From the NCBI GenBank assembly GCA_964566225.1, contig CAZMHV010000001.1, forward strand, positions 149,963-213,962: a stretch of DNA of 64,000 nucleotides, read 5' to 3'. Below, one piece after another: positions 59,009-64,000 of the stretch. The number at the start of each line of letters is the position of its first letter. Position 1 is the stretch's first letter. Source of the stretch: an uncultured Gammaproteobacteria bacterium (GTDB taxonomy: Bacteria; Patescibacteriota; Patescibacteriia; Magasanikbacterales; UBA922). Position numbers and translations under genes: made by a program. Under the pieces are notes generated by a model. The model worked only from the letters and a program-made list of their open reading frames with translations, was not told the origin of the DNA and ran no database searches.

Positions 59009-59536
59009 TTACTTTTCTTCACAAAGTTTCCGCGCTGTGTTCACATTGCGCACAGTCATGAGTTTGTAATACTTGTGGCTAATAACTTTGTTCAAATGAC
59101 TCTTGTTTACATTCTCTCGGCGTATATTCCAAATCAAGGCACCCTTTACATAGCGAATATCCACACATTCTTTTTTGATGGGAAGTTCATCAATAGTTTT
59201 TTTGGAGTCAATTTCTGGGAATAAATAGGCAACGTCGGTTCTTTGGATAGCATCATTGGCCCACTCAGGCGGAATGGCCTTGGCAATGGTCTGCATTTGT
59301 GTGCGAGTTTTAACAAGCGTCGCAACTTCAAAACCAAATGTTTTTTCAATTGCTTTTTCCATTTCTTTTTGGAGCAGCTCAGGTTTTTTGTTTGATTCAA
59401 ACAGTACGTTGCCAGAGTTGATGTAGGTGGAAACGTTGGAGTAGCCAAGTGACTCACACATGGCTTTGAGTTTTTTCATGTTGACTTGGCGAGTGGTGCC
59501 GACGTTGATGCCGCGCAGGAGGGCGATGTGGTGCAT
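59009..59536 (-). CDS. DUF1697 family protein
   Basis: ALLRGINVG, TYINSGN and C-terminal TVRNVNT. Confidence 0.9.
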   Translation of the reverse strand: MHHIALLRGINVGTTRQVNMKKLKAMCESLGYSNVSTYINSGNVLFESNKKPELLQKEMEKAIEKTFGFEVATLVKTRTQMQTIAKAIPPEWANDAIQRTDVAYLFPEIDSKKTIDELPIKKECVDIRYVKGALIWNIRRENVNKSHLNKVISHKYYKLMTVRNVNTARKLCEEK

Positions 59537-59550
59537 AAAAATATACCTAA

Positions 59551-59835
59551 TTAACAAACACTAAACGCAGAACTTTCATCGATAGAAATATCATCTGTTT
59601 TACACTTTGGACATCGGTCAGCTGCATTTTGACAGACCTCTCCCCCACACGCTTCGCACACTCCAATTTGTTCTGGCAAAAGAACAACTTCGTAGGCTCG
59701 TCGTTCAGGATGGTCGATTCGTTTTGATTTTCCGCAGTCTTTGCATTTGTACAGGGTAAAATAAAAACCACGACCACCTGAGACCGTACACTCTTCACCA
59801 CACACATTACATTTTGCAAAAAAGTAGGTTGCCAT
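59551..59835 (-). CDS. Small Zn-ribbon protein with four CxxC pairs
   Basis: CNVC, CKDC, CEAC and CPKC. Confidence 0.75.
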   Translation of the reverse strand: MATYFFAKCNVCGEECTVSGGRGFYFTLYKCKDCGKSKRIDHPERRAYEVVLLPEQIGVCEACGGEVCQNAADRCPKCKTDDISIDESSAFSVC

Positions 59836-59840
59836 AAAAT

Positions 59841-60593
59841 TTAGAGAGCTTTACCCACCGCCCCCACATACGCACAAAAATCACAGTTCGCACTCGCCTT
59901 GGGCACACTTTTTTTATCAAGACATTTTTTGGCAGCGACAATTGCGTCCTCCACCCATGCGTCGTCGCCATCGTACGCAATGAGTGTAATATCAAATTCA
60001 AGTTTGGCGTCAAAGGCTTTTCGGTCGGTTTGACCATTGCAGTACACAAAGTATCCGGTGCTCGAAACTTTGTATCCATTGCAGCGAAGCAGCCACTGAT
60101 ACATTTCCATTTGGCGTTTGTATCCGTCTTGCCAGTCTTTGTTTAGCTCGGTAATTTCTTCACTCTTCGAAGTTGACTTGTAGTCCACCACAATATACTC
60201 GCCTTTTGAATTTTGCCACAAATCATCAATGGCACCAAACACCAAAAAATTGGTGGCCTCATGGAGATATTGAACACCGGTAAAATTGTGTCGCCACGCA
60301 TCCAAATTTTCATGCGCTACAGGCCGAGCATCCACACCATATTTTTTGATTAAAGGATGCGCATTGCCACTGGCGCGATGAATATCAAACTCAAGCTTGA
60401 GCAAATGATCAACCGCCGAATTGAGCGCAAACGGAAATCCAGGTGGCCGCCCTACGCCGAGGCGTCGATCGAGGTAGAAGCAACGTGGACAGTCGAGAAA
60501 GAGTTCAATTTTGGAGCGGGAGAGTTTGAAGGGGGTTTCTTGTTTAGGCGTGTAGAGGTTTTTGGTGCGGTGAGGGGTGTAGTACTCGGACAT
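59841..60593 (-). CDS. PD-(D/E)XK nuclease-family protein (RecB/Cas4-like)
   Basis: LSRSK..CPRCF, GAIDD, VVDYKS, QMEMY and C-terminal CDFC. Confidence 0.88.
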   Translation of the reverse strand: MSEYYTPHRTKNLYTPKQETPFKLSRSKIELFLDCPRCFYLDRRLGVGRPPGFPFALNSAVDHLLKLEFDIHRASGNAHPLIKKYGVDARPVAHENLDAWRHNFTGVQYLHEATNFLVFGAIDDLWQNSKGEYIVVDYKSTSKSEEITELNKDWQDGYKRQMEMYQWLLRCNGYKVSSTGYFVYCNGQTDRKAFDAKLEFDITLIAYDGDDAWVEDAIVAAKKCLDKKSVPKASANCDFCAYVGAVGKAL

Positions 60594-60607
60594 AAAAAAT
60601 AGTTAAT

Positions 60608-60994
60608 CTACAAAATATCTTTATACTCAGGATAATTTTCTCGAATAATATTTTTCCAAATAGAAGTTTCATTCCCTCCAGCAATATCATTTTTATGATA
60701 TACCAAAAGCACATGCACCCTGCCACTTTCTTTGTACACTGCCACAATACATCGATTCCCCGAAGCATGACGAGAAACATTTGTCCCCGCAATTTTAAAT
60801 TCTGTTTTGCAAATTTGGATTTCACCAGCTTCAACAATAACCTCTGCCACACTTTTTTGAAATAACAAATCAATTTGCTCAAACTCTTTTTGCAAAAGTG
60901 TCAAAGTAAAATCCCAAGCAGTTTTATATTTTTTGGCAAAAGTTTTTATGAAATGCCTCTCGGCATAATTTTCAAAAACAACTTCATAACCCAT
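60608..60994 (-). CDS. Putative RelE/HigB-like toxin
   Basis: Small gene 2 bp after a Panacea antitoxin; K..F..AG...SGNRCIV...LLVYHKND resembles HigB2-type RelE folds. Confidence 0.6.
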   Translation of the reverse strand: MGYEVVFENYAERHFIKTFAKKYKTAWDFTLTLLQKEFEQIDLLFQKSVAEVIVEAGEIQICKTEFKIAGTNVSRHASGNRCIVAVYKESGRVHVLLVYHKNDIAGGNETSIWKNIIRENYPEYKDIL

Positions 60995-60996
60995 AG

Positions 60997-61671
60997 TTAA
61001 AAAATCTCATCAGGATCCTCCTGAGTAAACAGACCATACGAGACTATCTCATTTTCTTTGGCATACAAATATGGAAACTGTTTATGGGTAAAATCAACAA
61101 TTTCAGACGTTTTTTTATTTTTCCATTTTTTTTCAATTTTTTGAATCAACTTTTTTTCTTCGTTATTTAAAAGAGACAAATCAACTTTTGCGCCACTTCG
61201 CGACTGCGAAATCATCATGGCTCCATCTCGAGTTTGGGTAATATTAATTTCACCATTTTCAAACATTTCATCAACCAGTCGAAAATACACCTCTGAAACG
61301 GGGCCGTAGGGCAGCTTGCGATACTGCATTCCGCTCATGCTTTCGAGATGAAAGTAGAACCACCCAAAATCTGCAAAATACAAAAGCTTGGCAAGTTTTG
61401 TTTTGGTAATTTCCCCATCCAAACGCAAAAAAGCCAATATCATTTGTCTGTATTTTTCATAATTTGGGATATCTCCGTTTTCAAGCTCCTGCAATGAAAT
61501 GCCAAAAAGATTCGAAAGCTTTTGCGCTTCAGAAAGAGTGAGCTCTTTTTTGCCTTGTTCGAGAGCAATATAGGAAGGACGAGAAATACCAAGCCGAGTG
61601 GCAATTTCTGCTTGGGAAATATTGGCCTTGAGACGGAGGTCTTTTAATTTTATGCGTGTGGGTTGATTCAT
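60997..61671 (-). CDS. XRE-HTH plus Panacea (DUF4065/SocA) antitoxin
   Basis: SQAEIA..LGISRPSY..LEQGK HTH; KLAKLLYFAD, YGPV and FTH Panacea motifs. Confidence 0.88.
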   Translation of the reverse strand: MNQPTRIKLKDLRLKANISQAEIATRLGISRPSYIALEQGKKELTLSEAQKLSNLFGISLQELENGDIPNYEKYRQMILAFLRLDGEITKTKLAKLLYFADFGWFYFHLESMSGMQYRKLPYGPVSEVYFRLVDEMFENGEINITQTRDGAMMISQSRSGAKVDLSLLNNEEKKLIQKIEKKWKNKKTSEIVDFTHKQFPYLYAKENEIVSYGLFTQEDPDEIF

Positions 61672-61679
61672 ATGTATTT

Positions 61680-61735
61680 ATACTACAAAATTTGTGTTAA
61701 GATGTCAAACATTGGGTGTTAGGATATTTGACACC
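61680..61735 (-). promoter_or_regulatory. TA operon promoter with probable operator
   Basis: TTGACA(61708-03)-17-TAGTAT(61685-80); inverted repeat TGTCAAA...TTTGACA and direct repeats GTGTTA(A/G)GAT. Confidence 0.7.
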
Positions 61736-61750
61736 CATGTCTTAAAACCA

Positions 61751-62014
61751 CTATGAATTAGATTTTTTCATAGCTTTTATTGACCAAACTATAGATCTGA
61801 CAAACTGAACAAAAAAATACGGTAATAATATAAATAGGTATACTCCTTCCTCTCGATCGAAAATTGCTATAAAAAATCTTTTATATATCTTTGAAAAAGT
61901 GTGCTCGTCAGCTATGAATAAATTTATAATTACAGGAAGTATTAACAAACCAAATAATACGGATAAAATTAAAATAATCCACTCTTTTGCAAATATTTTT
62001 TTTTCAAACTTCAT
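61751..62014 (-). CDS. Small 2-TM hypothetical protein
   Basis: Two hydrophobic segments; very AT-rich. Confidence 0.6.
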   Translation of the reverse strand: MKFEKKIFAKEWIILILSVLFGLLILPVIINLFIADEHTFSKIYKRFFIAIFDREEGVYLFILLPYFFVQFVRSIVWSIKAMKKSNS

Positions 62015-62051
62015 AAATTTAATAATAAAAGTAATATTTTAAAAATCCACA

Positions 62052-62507
62052 CTAAAAATTCCATTCAATTTTTTCAATCTTTAAAGTCCAAACTCGAAAT
62101 TCAATTTTTTGATTATCAATCAATGTACTTTCCCCTTGACCTAATATTATATATTTTGAATCATACTCATCAGTCAACCAAACTCTTAAATTAAATTCTC
62201 CACTGGATGGTATATTCCCATCAACAGGTAACCAATAAAATGATGCATCCAAACTCCCTGCGGGTATTAGTCGTCCTTTTTTAAAAAATTTAGTTACATT
62301 GCCTATCTCAAAACCGTGAATATATAAATTAATTTTTCCAGTATTTAAGACTTTAATTTTATTTTCCATAGGCAAAAAAGAAGCTGCAACAAAATCATTT
62401 AACTTCTTTAAACGTCTATTAATTAAAATTTGCCATACCGCAAATATACAAGCAGCGATTCCGGTAATACCCTGAATCCCTAACGAATATATTTCATACT
62501 GTGTCAT
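62052..62507 (-). CDS. Hypothetical protein with an N-terminal TM
   Basis: 4-bp overlap with the DUF2075 gene; TM followed by a beta-rich domain. Confidence 0.65.
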   Translation of the reverse strand: MTQYEIYSLGIQGITGIAACIFAVWQILINRRLKKLNDFVAASFLPMENKIKVLNTGKINLYIHGFEIGNVTKFFKKGRLIPAGSLDASFYWLPVDGNIPSSGEFNLRVWLTDEYDSKYIILGQGESTLIDNQKIEFRVWTLKIEKIEWNF

Positions 62508-64000
62508 ATACTAGTTTTTACTGATTTATTTTTAAACCACTCCCTCGCCTCATCATCCACAAAATACACATAACACCCCTTCATCCCTCGTGTCATCAAT
62601 GTACGATATGTATTTTTTATAATCCTATCCGCGGTCTTCATTGCACTTTCAGGATCCTTTTTATATTGAGTTTTAAAACCTTGTAAAGATTTATCTGTTT
62701 TAGCACGCTTAAACGGATCGGTCACAATTTTTCCATTTCGTACGGTTAAATCTGGTCCAACGATAACTCCAACATAGTCCATTTCAAGCCCCTGACAAGT
62801 ATGAATGCAGCCAACTTCATTGACTGATTTTGACGCCATGATCCACAAATTTCCATCACTTGCCAAATTCCATTTCATACCAAAATTTTTTTCAGGAATT
62901 TGAATATCCGCAACTTCAGGATTTTTTTTGCTTACCCAGTTCCAACAGTATCCAGCGACAAGACGTGCTTTATTTGCAAGTTTATTTTTCTCAAAAATAA
63001 TATCTCGAAGAATATTTGGATCATCAATAACTTGAAAATCATACTCAATATCTTTCAAATCAGTATTTGCCGTTTCATGAATTTGCAAAGCATTATCGAG
63101 CCATGCTAAGTAACCATCTGATCCATTACATCGAAATTGTGAACTGAGTTGTAATGTATGAACATTGGCTCTTTCAAATCCCGCCCACATTTTAATTTCT
63201 CCTATTTCTCCGATGTCACTCATGGTGACTTTTTGGTCTTCATCTATAAAAAATACAGAAAATTTTGAAGCTTGAATAATTTCTTTAATCTGATTTTCTC
63301 CAAGATGTTTAAACATTCCTGATTTTTCATTAAGTCGATGTGCTTCATCTACGATAAGTGCATCAAAAAAGTTATTTTCAACATCAATAAAAGCACCTGA
63401 CCCTGTAAAAAAATGAGAAAACTCTGTTCTTTTCATCTGCCCTGTCAGTTTACTCTCATAAACAGCACGTGGAGCTGCATTTTTTGTAACATACTTTGCA
63501 AGTAAATTATATTTTTTTGTCAGCTCTACAAGCAAGTTTACTGCCACTACAGTTTTGCCTGTTCCAGGACCTCCTTCAATAATTAAAACATTCTTATTAT
63601 TTTCAGAAGATTGTCTCGCAAGATTTAGTGCTGTTTCATATACTACTTTTTGATCATCAATCATGATAAACTCTTTGTTCCCTTTCAATAACTTTCCAAG
63701 ACTATCAGCCAAACTTTTTGAAGGTCGAATTTTTCCATTTTCAATTCGATACATTATTTTATTTTTATCACCTTGTTTTACAAATCGTTTAATGAATGCT
63801 TGCAATTTTTTTGCATCTCCACGAAAAAAAGCTGGCGCTTTCTGCAAGTATTCTGAATAAAAATCATTATCAATAACATTATCCTGTAAATAATTATGCA
63901 AATAAGCACACGGTTGTAATAGAATATTTTCTTGATAAACAGTTTCATTAAAACTTTGTAACAACGATGTATACGACCAAGCTTGATATGATGGATGACT
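62504..64000 (-). CDS. DUF2075 (Schlafen group 3-like helicase) protein, 5' end beyond the window
   Basis: Walker A GGPGTGKT, VDEAHRL, SQFRC, AGYCW, GCIHTCQGLE and YRTLMTRG. Confidence 0.92.
   Translation of the reverse strand, partial: SHPSYQAWSYTSLLQSFNETVYQENILLQPCAYLHNYLQDNVIDNDFYSEYLQKAPAFFRGDAKKLQAFIKRFVKQGDKNKIMYRIENGKIRPSKSLADSLGKLLKGNKEFIMIDDQKVVYETALNLARQSSENNKNVLIIEGGPGTGKTVVAVNLLVELTKKYNLLAKYVTKNAAPRAVYESKLTGQMKRTEFSHFFTGSGAFIDVENNFFDALIVDEAHRLNEKSGMFKHLGENQIKEIIQASKFSVFFIDEDQKVTMSDIGEIGEIKMWAGFERANVHTLQLSSQFRCNGSDGYLAWLDNALQIHETANTDLKDIEYDFQVIDDPNILRDIIFEKNKLANKARLVAGYCWNWVSKKNPEVADIQIPEKNFGMKWNLASDGNLWIMASKSVNEVGCIHTCQGLEMDYVGVIVGPDLTVRNGKIVTDPFKRAKTDKSLQGFKTQYKKDPESAMKTADRIIKNTYRTLMTRGMKGCYVYFVDDEAREWFKNKSVKTSI

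Noticed and set aside
59841-60593. Cas4-like nuclease as evidence of CRISPR-Cas
   Set aside because: No repeat-spacer array or other cas gene seen in the window.

Overview
A 64-kb chromosomal segment of an AT-rich bacterium using genetic code 11 (TGA is used as a stop). Gene content, SD-less housekeeping starts and aaRS domain fusions point to Patescibacteria/CPR, most likely Parcubacteria/ABY1-like; this taxonomy is inferred. The left 19.3 kb is almost all + strand: proS, mreBCD-mrdA, greA, lysS, serS and a murF-like/DegT/FemX/ftsQ cluster. After about 20 kb most genes are - strand: dsbA, lexA, tRNA-Val, pyrG, rplI, rib genes, ctpA, murA, a ~1720-aa orphan, leuS, gdhA, trxA, infB, ppa, uvrC, alkD, tspO, PNP, and a Panacea TA/DUF2075 island. 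The two halves converge on a palindromic 28-bp dif-like site at 19416-19443, so this is probably the replication terminus. The most unusual signal is six single-gene GC-rich islets (about 22.0-22.9 kb x2, 43.1, 50.4, 51.4 and 57.9-58.9 kb). Most have a near-consensus sigma70 promoter, a Shine-Dalgarno sequence often within or beside a hairpin, GC3-rich codons and a structured 3' trailer, whereas the housekeeping genes checked lack SD. Other points: a LysRS-DUF2000 fusion, a LeuRS with an inserted alpha/beta hydrolase, a degenerate histidine kinase, an sRNA candidate, and LexA operators. I saw no CRISPR array, rRNA or transposase. Family assignments come from motif recognition, not database searches.
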